A stretch of 64,000 nt of DNA. Source: an uncultured Eubacteriales bacterium (lineage in GTDB: Bacteria > Bacillota > Clostridia > Oscillospirales > CAG-272). Both the position numbers and the translations under genes were made by a program. Shown piece by piece: positions 19,315-27,652 of the stretch. The DNA is taken from positions 850-64,849 of the forward strand of contig CAKSVM010000002.1 in the NCBI GenBank assembly GCA_934503195.1, in the 5' to 3' direction. The notes under the pieces are model-generated. The model ran no database searches. It had not been told where the DNA came from and saw only the letters and a program-made list of their open reading frames with translations. The first letter of the stretch is position 1. Each line of letters begins with the position of its first letter.

Positions 19315-19734
19315 ATGACTCACGAAGAACTCAAAAATCACCTCCCGCACCGCGACGCGATGCTTCTCATCGGCGAGGTCGAGGTCGAGGATCGCGACGG
19401 CGTCAGAACCGCGGTCGGAAAAACTCCGGTTTCGGGCGACGAATGGTTTCTTAAGGGGCATTTCCCCGGACATCCCGTCGTCCCCGGCGTCATTCTCTGC
19501 GAGATCATGGCGCAGAGCTGCTGTCTTCTCTGCGACACGGCGAACGGGCTTCCGTTTTTCGCCGGGATAAAGAACGCGAAGTTCCGCCGTCAGGTACGCC
19601 CCGGAGACACGTTTGTCACCGAATGCGCGATCACCCGCTCGCTCGGCGGATTCTACACCGCGAAGGGAATCGGCAAGGTCGACGGCGAGGTCGCGGTCGA
19701 AGCCGAATTCTCGTTCGTCTGCAAGACCGAGTGA
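19315..19734 (+). CDS. fabZ: 3-hydroxyacyl-ACP dehydratase
   Basis: 139 aa with the hot-dog fold motif LPHRDAMLLI...GHFPGHPVVPGVILCE. Confidence 0.92.
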   Translation: MTHEELKNHLPHRDAMLLIGEVEVEDRDGVRTAVGKTPVSGDEWFLKGHFPGHPVVPGVILCEIMAQSCCLLCDTANGLPFFAGIKNAKFRRQVRPGDTFVTECAITRSLGGFYTAKGIGKVDGEVAVEAEFSFVCKTE

Positions 19735-19754
19735 ATTTGTTAAAGGAAAAGAAA

Positions 19755-20576
19755 ATGTTTGAAACGCTAAAGCAAAAGATCTTCGGCATCGTCACACCGC
19801 CGAAGATGATCGCCTGCCCGTCCTGCAAGAAGGAAACCTCCGAAAAGGAGCTGATGGATTCATACTTCGTCTGCCCTGAGTGCGGGAAATATATGCGCGT
19901 CGGCGCGCGCGACCGGATTTCGCTGACGGTCGACAAGGGAAGCTTCAAGGAGCTTTTCGACGATCTCACCAGCCGCGATTTCCTTGAATTCCCCGGCTAC
20001 GCCGAAAAGCTGAAATCGGCCGAGGAAAAGCTCGGCGAGCGCGAGGCCGTCGTCTGCGGAACCGCCTCGGTCGGCGGCGTGAAGACCGCGATCTTCGTCA
20101 TGGAGCCGAGATTCATCATGGCGAGCATGGGCTCGGTCGTCGGCGAGAAGATCACGCGGCTCTTTGAGTACGCGACAAAGAAAAAGCTCCCGGTCATCGG
20201 ATTCACCGCGTCGGGCGGCGCGAGAATGCAGGAGGGAATCATTTCGCTGATGCAGATGGCAAAGGTCAGCGGCGCGGTCGGTAAGCATTCCGACGCCGGA
20301 CTCCTCTACATCACGGTTCTCACCGACCCGACCACCGGAGGTGTTACCGCCAGCTTCGCGATGCAGGGCGATATCCTGATCGCCGAGCCGGGCGCGCTTA
20401 TAGGCTTTGCCGGGCGCAGAGTCGTCGAGCAGACGACCGGAACCGCGCTTCCCGACAACTTCCAGAAGGCCGAGTTCTTACTGAAGCACGGATTCATCGA
20501 CTCAATCGTCGGGCGCGACAGGCTCACGAAGACGCTCGCGAATCTGTTAATCTGCCACAAGGAGAGTGCGTCATGA
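19755..20576 (+). CDS. accD: Acetyl-CoA carboxylase carboxyltransferase beta subunit
   Basis: Starts MFETLKQK... after an AAAGGAAAAG RBS. N-terminal Zn ribbon CPSCKK...CPECGKY. The track's upstream extension (R-rich) is rejected. Confidence 0.9.
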   Translation: MFETLKQKIFGIVTPPKMIACPSCKKETSEKELMDSYFVCPECGKYMRVGARDRISLTVDKGSFKELFDDLTSRDFLEFPGYAEKLKSAEEKLGEREAVVCGTASVGGVKTAIFVMEPRFIMASMGSVVGEKITRLFEYATKKKLPVIGFTASGGARMQEGIISLMQMAKVSGAVGKHSDAGLLYITVLTDPTTGGVTASFAMQGDILIAEPGALIGFAGRRVVEQTTGTALPDNFQKAEFLLKHGFIDSIVGRDRLTKTLANLLICHKESAS

Positions 20577-21364
20577 CTACTATGACCGCGGGAGAAAAGC
20601 TCCGTACGGCGCGGATGAATCACCGTCCGGGCGGAGTGGATTATATAAACAAAATGATTGAATCTCCGATCGAGCTTCACGGCGACCGGAGATTCGGAGA
20701 CGATCTCGCGATTGTCGGCGGAGTCGGATTCCTTTCGGGAATTCCGGTGACCTACATCGCGACCGACAAGGGAAATGATCTCTCCGAGCGGATCGAGCGG
20801 AATTTCGGCTGTCCGAAGCCCGAGGGGTACCGAAAGGCTCTGCGTCTCATGAAGCAGGCCGAGAAATTCGGACGTCCTGTAATCTGCTTTGTCGACACTC
20901 AGGGCGCGTGGTGCGGTGCGGACGCCGAGGAACGCGGTCAGGGCGAGGCGATCGCCGAGTGCATTCAGACGATGATGGGGCTTAAGGTTCCGGTAATCTC
21001 GGTACTGACCGGAGAAGGCGGAAGCGGCGGCGCGCTCGCGCTGGCGGCGGCTGACAGAGTCTATATGCTCGAAAACGCGGTCTATTCGGTAATTTCGCCC
21101 GAGGGATGCGCGAGCATCCTCTGGAAGGACAGCTCAAAGGTCGAGGAAGCCGCGTCCGCGCTCCACATCACGGCGCAGGACATGAAGAATTTCGGAGTCG
21201 CCGACGAGGTGATTCACGAGGATTTCGAGCATTTCGACTCGATGTGCGAATCACTTGAAAAGCTGATCGCCGACGAGCTTTCGAAGCTTATGAGATCATC
21301 CGGCGCGGTTCTGGCCGAGGGACGCTACGAACGCTTCAGAAAGTTCGGCATGTTCGGAAACTGA
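20573..21364 (+). CDS. accA: Acetyl-CoA carboxylase carboxyltransferase alpha subunit
   Basis: 263 aa. Motifs FGRPVICFVDTQGAWCG...EERGQGEAIA. 4-nt overlap with accD. Confidence 0.9.
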   Translation: MTTMTAGEKLRTARMNHRPGGVDYINKMIESPIELHGDRRFGDDLAIVGGVGFLSGIPVTYIATDKGNDLSERIERNFGCPKPEGYRKALRLMKQAEKFGRPVICFVDTQGAWCGADAEERGQGEAIAECIQTMMGLKVPVISVLTGEGGSGGALALAAADRVYMLENAVYSVISPEGCASILWKDSSKVEEAASALHITAQDMKNFGVADEVIHEDFEHFDSMCESLEKLIADELSKLMRSSGAVLAEGRYERFRKFGMFGN

Positions 21365-21381
21365 TAAGGAAAAGAAAGCGA

Positions 21382-21416
21382 AACGCGGAGATGCTGACAG
21401 TCTCCGCGTTCTTTTT
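21382..21416. terminator. Bidirectional terminator after accA and the convergent hydrolase gene
   Basis: AACGCGGAGA-tgctgaca-TCTCCGCGTT followed by CTTTTTATT. Confidence 0.8.
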
Positions 21417-22485
21417 ATTCGAATAAAGTCATATGAATCCTCTCGACAAGATCGGTGATCGTTGAGAAGACCTCGTCGGAATTCTTATCGTACGGGAAGA
21501 CGCGGGTCATGATCGTGAGAATATAGGGCGTCGGCGCGTAGACGATCGCCGTGTCGTGATAACCGTCGTATCCGCCGTGGAATCCGTACTTGTGCGCGGT
21601 CACATAGGCCGAGCCGCCGTCGATGAGTCCGGCGGGCGCGCTGGTTTTCAAAAGCTCAATGAACCAGTCGTAGTCGTTTTCGAGACTGTAGTCGTAGATG
21701 TCGAGCATCCCATAAGTCAGATCGTGCGCCGTGACGGTCGAGAATTCGTATCCGGGCGGAAGCTTTGGCGTTGAGAGTCCGAGCGTGTCCTTCACGTAGC
21801 TGTTGAAGCCGTAGCGGCCGTAGGTCTTGAAGAGCAGGCGGTAGGCCATGTTGTCCGACATTGTGATCGAAAGCCCGATGAGCTTTTTCACGGTGAAATC
21901 GCTTCCGACGGTATCCTCGGTCAGCTCTCCGGTGCTGCTTGTGCGGGTCGCCTCGTCAAAGTGGAGTTTCCGGTCGAGGTCGGCTCCGTGTGAGATGAGA
22001 AAATGGCAGTACATCGCCTTGAGCGTACTCGCGCCCTCGTGTTCGTGCGACTCGTTGATTCCGAGGAAGTATTTACGTCCGGTGTCGGTGTAGTATACCG
22101 AAATGTCGCGGTATTTGTCGGTGAAGGCTTTGAGTTCGCCGATGAGACCGGAGACCGATTCCTTGTCGATGTTCGAGTTCACGCCGTCGGGGAGGGGAAT
22201 CGGCTCGCCGGGAGTGTCGGGGATTTGGGCGGTCGTTTCGTCGGGAGCGGTTGACCCGTCTGTCACGGATGTTTCATCCGTTCCGGTCGTTTCGGGAGCT
22301 TCGGTCGATTCGTCCGGCTCTGTAGCTTCGGCCGGTTCAGTGACGATTCCGGACCCGGGCGGTTCGGTTTCGGGACGTTCGGCCGGAGAGAGAGTTCCGG
22401 TCGGGGAATCCGCTTCGTGTCCGCATCCCGATAAAAATACCGCCGCCGCGAGGATGAGTGCGGCGGCTCTGACTTTTTTTGTCAT
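21415..22485 (-). CDS. Class A beta-lactamase-related serine hydrolase lipoprotein
   Basis: Lipobox signal MTKKVRAAALILAAAVFLSGC. T/E/P-rich linker. SxxK (ASTLK), SDN (MSDNMAY) and KYG (KTG-like) motifs. Start moved to the ATG at 22485. Confidence 0.75.
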   Translation of the reverse strand: MTKKVRAAALILAAAVFLSGCGHEADSPTGTLSPAERPETEPPGSGIVTEPAEATEPDESTEAPETTGTDETSVTDGSTAPDETTAQIPDTPGEPIPLPDGVNSNIDKESVSGLIGELKAFTDKYRDISVYYTDTGRKYFLGINESHEHEGASTLKAMYCHFLISHGADLDRKLHFDEATRTSSTGELTEDTVGSDFTVKKLIGLSITMSDNMAYRLLFKTYGRYGFNSYVKDTLGLSTPKLPPGYEFSTVTAHDLTYGMLDIYDYSLENDYDWFIELLKTSAPAGLIDGGSAYVTAHKYGFHGGYDGYHDTAIVYAPTPYILTIMTRVFPYDKNSDEVFSTITDLVERIHMTLFE

Positions 22486-22486
22486 C

Positions 22487-22903
22487 TCAGAAGAGCGTGA
22501 GACTGCCCGTGATCGGGTCGAGAACCTCGGCCTCGGCGGGTTCGCTCGCAAGGCAGGTGAAGGTCGGTTCGCCGTGGAACTCGGTGCATCCGGCGTCCTC
22601 GATGAGCGCGGAGATAAGTCCGGCGGCTTTCAGCTTCGCGTTGACCGTGAGCAGCTCGTCAAGCGAGTTCACACAGACGCAGATCTTCGCCTCCCCGTCC
22701 GAAAACCAGCGGGTGAGCGGCGTGCTGTCGGAGGTGTCGAGCTTTATCTGACCGTTTTCGTATCGGATTTCGGACGCCCGGCCTTCCCTCAGAATCGCGC
22801 GGAGAGTAGCCTCGACCGCGGCGTGTCCGGCCTGAGCGGCGATTTTGCCCTTGCGCATCTTAAGGTCGCGGCGGACGACGATCATCATTTTTGACGTGTA
22901 CAT
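22487..22903 (-). CDS. PTH2-family peptidyl-tRNA hydrolase
   Basis: MIVVRRDLKMRKGKIAAQAGHAA...ALIEDAGCTEF..GEPT matches the archaeal/eukaryotic-type Pth2 fold. GGAGG RBS lies before the ATG at 22903. Confidence 0.75.
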   Translation of the reverse strand: MYTSKMMIVVRRDLKMRKGKIAAQAGHAAVEATLRAILREGRASEIRYENGQIKLDTSDSTPLTRWFSDGEAKICVCVNSLDELLTVNAKLKAAGLISALIEDAGCTEFHGEPTFTCLASEPAEAEVLDPITGSLTLF

Positions 22904-22914
22904 TTTACCTCCGT

Positions 22915-24009
22915 TCATTCGGTGAAGCGGACGTTTATATCGCCGCCCGAGGTCTTCGCGGTGAGCTTATACTGCGCGCGGGGATTTTCGGACGACTTCG
23001 GATAAGCGGTGCGGTCGGTTTCGGTTTCGATCTGGAAAAGCGATTCGGTGCCGAGAATCGAGCCGTCGATATCGCCGTTTGAGGTTTCGAAGTTGAATTT
23101 TTCGCCGAAGAGCCGCGAGAAGTCGAGCGACGCGTTCGAGGTGGCCGCCGAGAGACGCTTTACTGTGAGGTCTTCGAAGTTCAGGCGGCCGTTGCTGGTC
23201 TTGGCGTTTATCTCGGTCGCGGAGAGGCGCGAGAGGCTGATCCGGCCGTTTGAGGTCGAAGCGTCGATTTCATAGGCCTCGATGTCGGAGAGTGTGATAT
23301 GCGAGCCGGAGGTAGTGACGCTGAGCTTTTCGTCGAGCTTCAGGTTGCCGAGTTTGAGTTCGCCGTCAGAGGTCGAGACGCTGATATCGCCCGAAAAGTC
23401 CTTCGGGAGGTAGACGACCATCGCGAGTCCGGTGTATTTTGTGACGTGCTTTGTGGTGCCGAGCGAGAGCTTGTAGCCGAAGATATTGACTTCCTTTTTT
23501 TCGCCCTGACTCTGTTCGTCGCGGACGAGGAGGGTGTTGCTCGACGTTGAGAAATCGTAGCGGAAGTCGTCGCTTTCAAGTACGTCGACGATAATCGAGT
23601 CGTAATCGCCGGACGCGACGACGACGCTGCAACCCGAGACCGAGATATCGAGCGCGCGGTTGATCGCGGGGTCGAAGGTATAGCGTTTTTCTGAGAATCC
23701 GGACTCGGTGACGTCGATGGCGTCGAAGCTTCCGGGGAGCGCGGAATCGCCCTCTCCGGTATTTCCGGACGGTTCGGAGGTCTGACCGACGTTCTGTCCG
23801 CCTATTGAGATTCCGGACGAGTCGATTTTTATGTAGTCGGCGATATTGACGCCGTCATCGGTGATGTTTATCATATCGACAACCTGCGAGACACTGCCAG
23901 TGATCGCGCCCGCGATCCTCATGAAGATCGAACGCATTCCGAACGAGATCGCGATGACGACGATAAAGATCGTGATGACCGCGCGGCGTGTGAATTTTTT
24001 GAGGTTCAT
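22915..24009 (-). CDS. DUF4097-type beta-strand-repeat (putative adhesin) protein with N-terminal TM
   Basis: N-terminal TM helix AVITIFIVVIAISFG. C-terminal repeated motif: SNGxIxxxxL / TSGGDINV. Confidence 0.7.
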   Translation of the reverse strand: MNLKKFTRRAVITIFIVVIAISFGMRSIFMRIAGAITGSVSQVVDMINITDDGVNIADYIKIDSSGISIGGQNVGQTSEPSGNTGEGDSALPGSFDAIDVTESGFSEKRYTFDPAINRALDISVSGCSVVVASGDYDSIIVDVLESDDFRYDFSTSSNTLLVRDEQSQGEKKEVNIFGYKLSLGTTKHVTKYTGLAMVVYLPKDFSGDISVSTSDGELKLGNLKLDEKLSVTTSGSHITLSDIEAYEIDASTSNGRISLSRLSATEINAKTSNGRLNFEDLTVKRLSAATSNASLDFSRLFGEKFNFETSNGDIDGSILGTESLFQIETETDRTAYPKSSENPRAQYKLTAKTSGGDINVRFTE

Positions 24010-24110
24010 TTGATATCCTTTCGAATTAAATCGATAACGATTGCTATATATAATATTATAGAGCGAATAGCAAAACCAGTAAAGAATATTTCATGAACTT
24101 TCTGTAAAAC

Positions 24111-24386
24111 CAGGGGACGCCCCTGGACGCATACGTCAGGGTTAGTTTGTGCGAATGGGTTAATCTCGGGTCTATCAGTGGGGATTCGGAGTTGCCACCG
24201 CGTGGCAACTCCTTCACCCCGTTCGGGCTTACCGCCCTCACCTGCCGTGCGGGGAGCCCCCGCGGGCGGACGTCAGGGTTTGTGTCTGCGGATGTGTTAA
24301 TCCCGGGTCTATCAGTGGGGATTCGGAGTTGCCACCGCGTGGCAACTCCTTCACCCCGTTCGGGCTTACGCCCTCACCTCGCGTAG
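24111..24386 (+). repeat. Tandem pair (units A 24111-24249, B 24250-24386) of a structured repeat of about 130 nt
   Basis: The units share ...ACGTCAGGGTT...GGTCTATCAGTGGGGATTCGGAGTTGCCACCGCGTGGCAACTCCTTCACCCCGTTCGGGCTTAC.GCCCTCACCT. Each has a 5' hairpin and an 11-bp central hairpin (24188-24212, 24325-24349). Homologous units lie at 41259-41530. Confidence 0.85.
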
Positions 24387-24583
24387 AAGAACGGCAAATG
24401 ACCATAGAGGACGGCCGATGGACGCCGTAGGTGAGGGTCTTGACCCTCCCGCTTCCCATATCGGTTGAGGTGCATCCACAGGAACGACCACAAAACAAAC
24501 GCCCGCCCGGAGCCCCGATCCGGAGCCGCGAGCGAACGCCTAAAAAAATCCAGTGTATAAAGCTTTGGTGGAGGGTGGGGGTC

Positions 24584-24628
24584 AAGGGGGCGGGAACCGC
24601 TTTTCTCGAAAAGTGGTTCCCGCCCCTT
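24584..24628 (-). terminator. Strong GC hairpin downstream of kdgK (putative terminator, no clear U tract)
   Basis: AAGGGG(G)CGGGAACCGC-ttttctcgaaaa-GTGGTTCCCGCCCCTT, about 16 bp with one bulge and one G-T pair. Confidence 0.5.
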
Positions 24629-24634
24629 GTGAAT

Positions 24635-25666
24635 TTATCTGGCTATTCTTCCTGTGCCGTCGCCGCCGATGAGTTTTTCGACTTCTTCGACCGTGACGAG
24701 GTTGAGGTCGCCGTTTATCGTGTGCTTAAGGCAGGACGCGCCGACCGCGAATTCGAGCGCGGCTTTCGCGTCGCCCTTGGTAGCGAGGCCGTAGATGAGT
24801 CCGCCCGCGAAGGAATCGCCGCCGCCTACGCGGTCAACGATATCGGTGATGTCATAGACGCGGCTGCGCGCGAAGATCTTACCGTCGTTGATGCAGGCCG
24901 ACCAGACGTTGCGGTTTGCCGACTTCGACTCGCGGAGGGTGATCGCGACGGTCTTGACGTTCGGATAGTCGGCCATGACCTTATCGCTGATCTCCTTGTA
25001 GCAGTTGAGGTCGATCTCTCCGAGTTCGGGCTTGTTCGAGGAGCTGATTCCGAGAGCCTTCTGGCAGTCCTCCTCGTTGGCGATTACGACGTCGACGTAC
25101 TTGACGAGCTCGGGCATGACTTCGTCGGCGCGCTTGCCGTACTTCCAGAGCTTAGCGCGGTAGTTGAGGTCGCAGGAGGTGGTGACGCCGAGTTCCTTCG
25201 CGGTCTTCAGAGCCTTGATCGCCTCAGCGGCGACGTCAGCCGAGACTGCCGGGGTGATTCCGGTGACGTGGAACCATTTCGCGTCCTTAAGTATCTCGTT
25301 CCAGTCGAAATCGCCTTCCTTGATGTTGGCGAAGGACGAGAACTCGCGGTCGTAGATAACCTTGGACGGACGCTGGCACGCGCCGGTCTCAAGGTAGTAG
25401 ATTCCCATTCTGCCCTTGGTGTGAGCGATCGCCGAGGTGTCGACGTCGTACTTCTTGAGCTCGCGCTCGCAGGCCTTTCCGATGTCGTTGTCGGGAAGCG
25501 CGGTGACGAACTTCGCGTCAAGGCCGTAGTTCGAGAGAGAGACCGCGACATTCGCCTCGCCGCCGCCGAAGGTGGCTTCGAGTGTCGGCTGCTGGAAGAG
25601 CCGATCGTATCCGGGGGACTTCAGGCGGAGCATGATCTCGCCGAAGGTGACAAACTTGTTTTTCAT
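24635..25666 (-). CDS. kdgK: 2-dehydro-3-deoxygluconokinase (PfkB family)
   Basis: MKNKFVTFGEIMLRLKSPGY...FGGGEANVAVSLSNYG and C-terminal DRVGGGDSFAGGL. Typical KdgK. Confidence 0.88.
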   Translation of the reverse strand: MKNKFVTFGEIMLRLKSPGYDRLFQQPTLEATFGGGEANVAVSLSNYGLDAKFVTALPDNDIGKACERELKKYDVDTSAIAHTKGRMGIYYLETGACQRPSKVIYDREFSSFANIKEGDFDWNEILKDAKWFHVTGITPAVSADVAAEAIKALKTAKELGVTTSCDLNYRAKLWKYGKRADEVMPELVKYVDVVIANEEDCQKALGISSSNKPELGEIDLNCYKEISDKVMADYPNVKTVAITLRESKSANRNVWSACINDGKIFARSRVYDITDIVDRVGGGDSFAGGLIYGLATKGDAKAALEFAVGASCLKHTINGDLNLVTVEEVEKLIGGDGTGRIAR

Positions 25667-25734
25667 GGTAATATCTCCTTTTTTGAAAGAAAAATTTTTC
25701 CCATATACATTATATCACAGTTTCGCGGAAAATG

Positions 25735-25778
25735 CAATAAAAATCCGACCGATTTTCAGGGAAAAGATTGAAAATCGG
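25735..25778 (-). terminator. Terminator of the LiaF-like gene
   Basis: Stem CCGATTTTC/GAAAATCGG. On the minus strand it is followed by GGATTTTTATT. Confidence 0.6.
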
Positions 25779-25787
25779 CCGAAAAAA

Positions 25788-26432
25788 TTATCTGACTGAT
25801 CCGCCGCCGAAAACGCAGAGGGCGTTTATCTTCACGGTCGGGTTTGAGTCGTTGTGGGTCCGGTTCTTCGACTCGGAGATTCCGCCGAAGAGGGGGATGC
25901 AGGTGACCTCGGCGTTGACGTTTTCGGGAAGGATTATGTCGACCCCGCCGAAGACGGCGAGAAGGTCAATCACCGCGCCGTCCTGAATCTTCGCTTCGCT
26001 GAGCTTAAGGTCGACTCCGCCGAAGAGGGCGGCGCAGAGCGCGCCGGAGAATTCCCTGCCGTTGTAGTTCGGCGTCCGGCCGGAGAAGATCGCGATATAC
26101 ATGGGCGACGACTTTCCGTCCTTCGCGCGGAAGATTATGAGGAATCCGATCGCGAGGATTATCGCGGGGATGAAGAGCTTTGCGAGCCACGACGGCAGGA
26201 TTCCCGACTGACGGACGAAAAGGAGGATTCCGAGGATCAGCCAACCGGCGTTCCGCGGCGAAAATCCGTTTCCGGCGATCGAGACGACGGCGGGGATTAT
26301 GATAAGGAAAGTCCACCAGCCTGGGAAGAAGAGCGTGAAATGCCAGACCTCAAAGACGTTCCCGATGAATCCGAGCGCGATGGCGACGAGGATGGTTCCG
26401 ATTATTATATTTGTGGAAAGCTTCAGTTTCAC
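25788..26432 (-). CDS. LiaF-like membrane protein (cell-envelope stress module)
   Basis: 4-5 N-terminal TM helices plus a C-terminal LiaF/DUF2154-like repeat (FGGVDLKL...VFGGVDIILP...PLFGGISE). Confidence 0.7.
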   Translation of the reverse strand: MKLKLSTNIIIGTILVAIALGFIGNVFEVWHFTLFFPGWWTFLIIIPAVVSIAGNGFSPRNAGWLILGILLFVRQSGILPSWLAKLFIPAIILAIGFLIIFRAKDGKSSPMYIAIFSGRTPNYNGREFSGALCAALFGGVDLKLSEAKIQDGAVIDLLAVFGGVDIILPENVNAEVTCIPLFGGISESKNRTHNDSNPTVKINALCVFGGGSVR

Positions 26433-26453
26433 GCCTTGTTTCTCCTTTTAATA

Positions 26454-27572
26454 TCAATAATAGAAGTTAGCGGTGCAGGTCGCGAGCGGATAGTCGTTTA
26501 TGACATCCTTGTTGATGACGACGCTGTCGCCGTAGCCCGAGATGAGAGTCTGGAGCTTGACCGCGTTGACGGTCGCCCTGATGTCGCCGATCAGCTCGGA
26601 CTTGTAGGGCTCGGTGTTGTAGGCGTCGTTTTTCAGCTCATAGCGGCGGACGATCGAGATTCCGTATGACGACTCAACCGTTTTGGTCTCGCCGACTTTC
26701 ATCTTCATTACGGCCTGAGTGATTTCGGTGGGGAGGAAGGTGCAGGCCGAGGTGATGTAATATCCGTCCTCGAAGTGCTGCATTCCGGTGTCCTCGCTGT
26801 ATTCCGTTACAAGCTTGTCATAGTCCTCTCCGGCGGCGATCCGCTTTTCGAGGTCGGCGGCGAGTTCAAGCTGAGCGGCCTTTTCGGCCTCGGTGAGCTC
26901 GACCGTCTTGTAGGCGGTGCCCTCGTCGTTGACGATCGGCTCGCCGTTCTCATCCTTTTCGTATCTTACGTCGGTGCGGATGAGGATATGCTTCATGCGG
27001 TAGTAGTTGCTCGTGAAGTACTGTTCGATCTCGGCGTCGGTGGCGGCCTCGATTCCGTTTTCGCCGTAGAGGTAATCGTTCACGGCCGAGATCTTCGCCT
27101 CGGCGATGTAGATATCCTTAAGCATATTGGTGTTGACCCCGTAGGCCGAGAGGGCGGAGTTGAGCGCGGATTTGCTGCCGGCCTGAGTGATTTTGGTGTC
27201 GATGGCCTGATCGATCTCGTTCATCTTCTCGTCGCTGACGGTGAGGTTATATTCCTCGAAGAGACCGAGCATGATGGCGTTCTGCATGATCTGCGACGCG
27301 GCCATCGCGCCGAGGTAATCGCCGACGGAGACGGTGTCGGTCATTTTACTCGACCAGTACTGAGGGTTATCGTTGGTGGTTCCGAACATACTGTAGAGGT
27401 ACATGGCCTTATACTTACTCATCCAGTAGCAGAACATATTGGAGGTGATCCTGACCTTACCGAAGGTCATGGCGGCGGGGTTCGCGCCGCATCCGGCGAG
27501 GGTCGCGAGGGTCATTATGACGACGAGCGCGGCGGCGACAATCCGGCGGAGGGTTTTAGACATGGGTTTCAA
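26454..27572 (-). CDS. PrsA/SurA-like parvulin peptidyl-prolyl isomerase lipoprotein
   Basis: Lipobox LATLAGC. SurA-N-like helical region. Parvulin-like segment starting MKHILIR and ending GISIVRR. Confidence 0.7.
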   Translation of the reverse strand: MKPMSKTLRRIVAAALVVIMTLATLAGCGANPAAMTFGKVRITSNMFCYWMSKYKAMYLYSMFGTTNDNPQYWSSKMTDTVSVGDYLGAMAASQIMQNAIMLGLFEEYNLTVSDEKMNEIDQAIDTKITQAGSKSALNSALSAYGVNTNMLKDIYIAEAKISAVNDYLYGENGIEAATDAEIEQYFTSNYYRMKHILIRTDVRYEKDENGEPIVNDEGTAYKTVELTEAEKAAQLELAADLEKRIAAGEDYDKLVTEYSEDTGMQHFEDGYYITSACTFLPTEITQAVMKMKVGETKTVESSYGISIVRRYELKNDAYNTEPYKSELIGDIRATVNAVKLQTLISGYGDSVVINKDVINDYPLATCTANFYY

Positions 27573-27652
27573 TTCGGTTGCTCCTTTGTGGATAATGGTA
27601 ATATATATTATACATCATTTTCCGCGGTTTGTCTATAGTTCCGGCGAAAAAT

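Noticed and set aside
19623-19754. Upstream extensions of accD (19623), the beta-lactamase-like gene (to 22551), DeoR (to 10289), the GH36 gene (11144), the Sak4-like gene (51586) and the DUF669-like gene (52722)
   Set aside because: The extensions are R-rich or overlap upstream genes. Internal ATGs with good RBSs and family-typical N-termini were chosen instead.
24111-24386. CRISPR array or integron attC interpretation of the tandem units
   Set aside because: The units are about 130 nt and directly abutting without unique spacers, and no cas genes are present. The attC R'/R'' consensus (GTTRRRY/RYYYAAC) is absent at the unit ends (GTTAATC and GTTATCG do not fit), and there is no intI.
24056-24585. 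ORFs of 61, 79 and 115 aa overlapping the tandem structured repeats
   Set aside because: The peptide similarity between them is just the DNA repeat read in frame. There is no RBS and the composition is not protein-like. The hairpin covariation argues for a nucleic-acid-level function.
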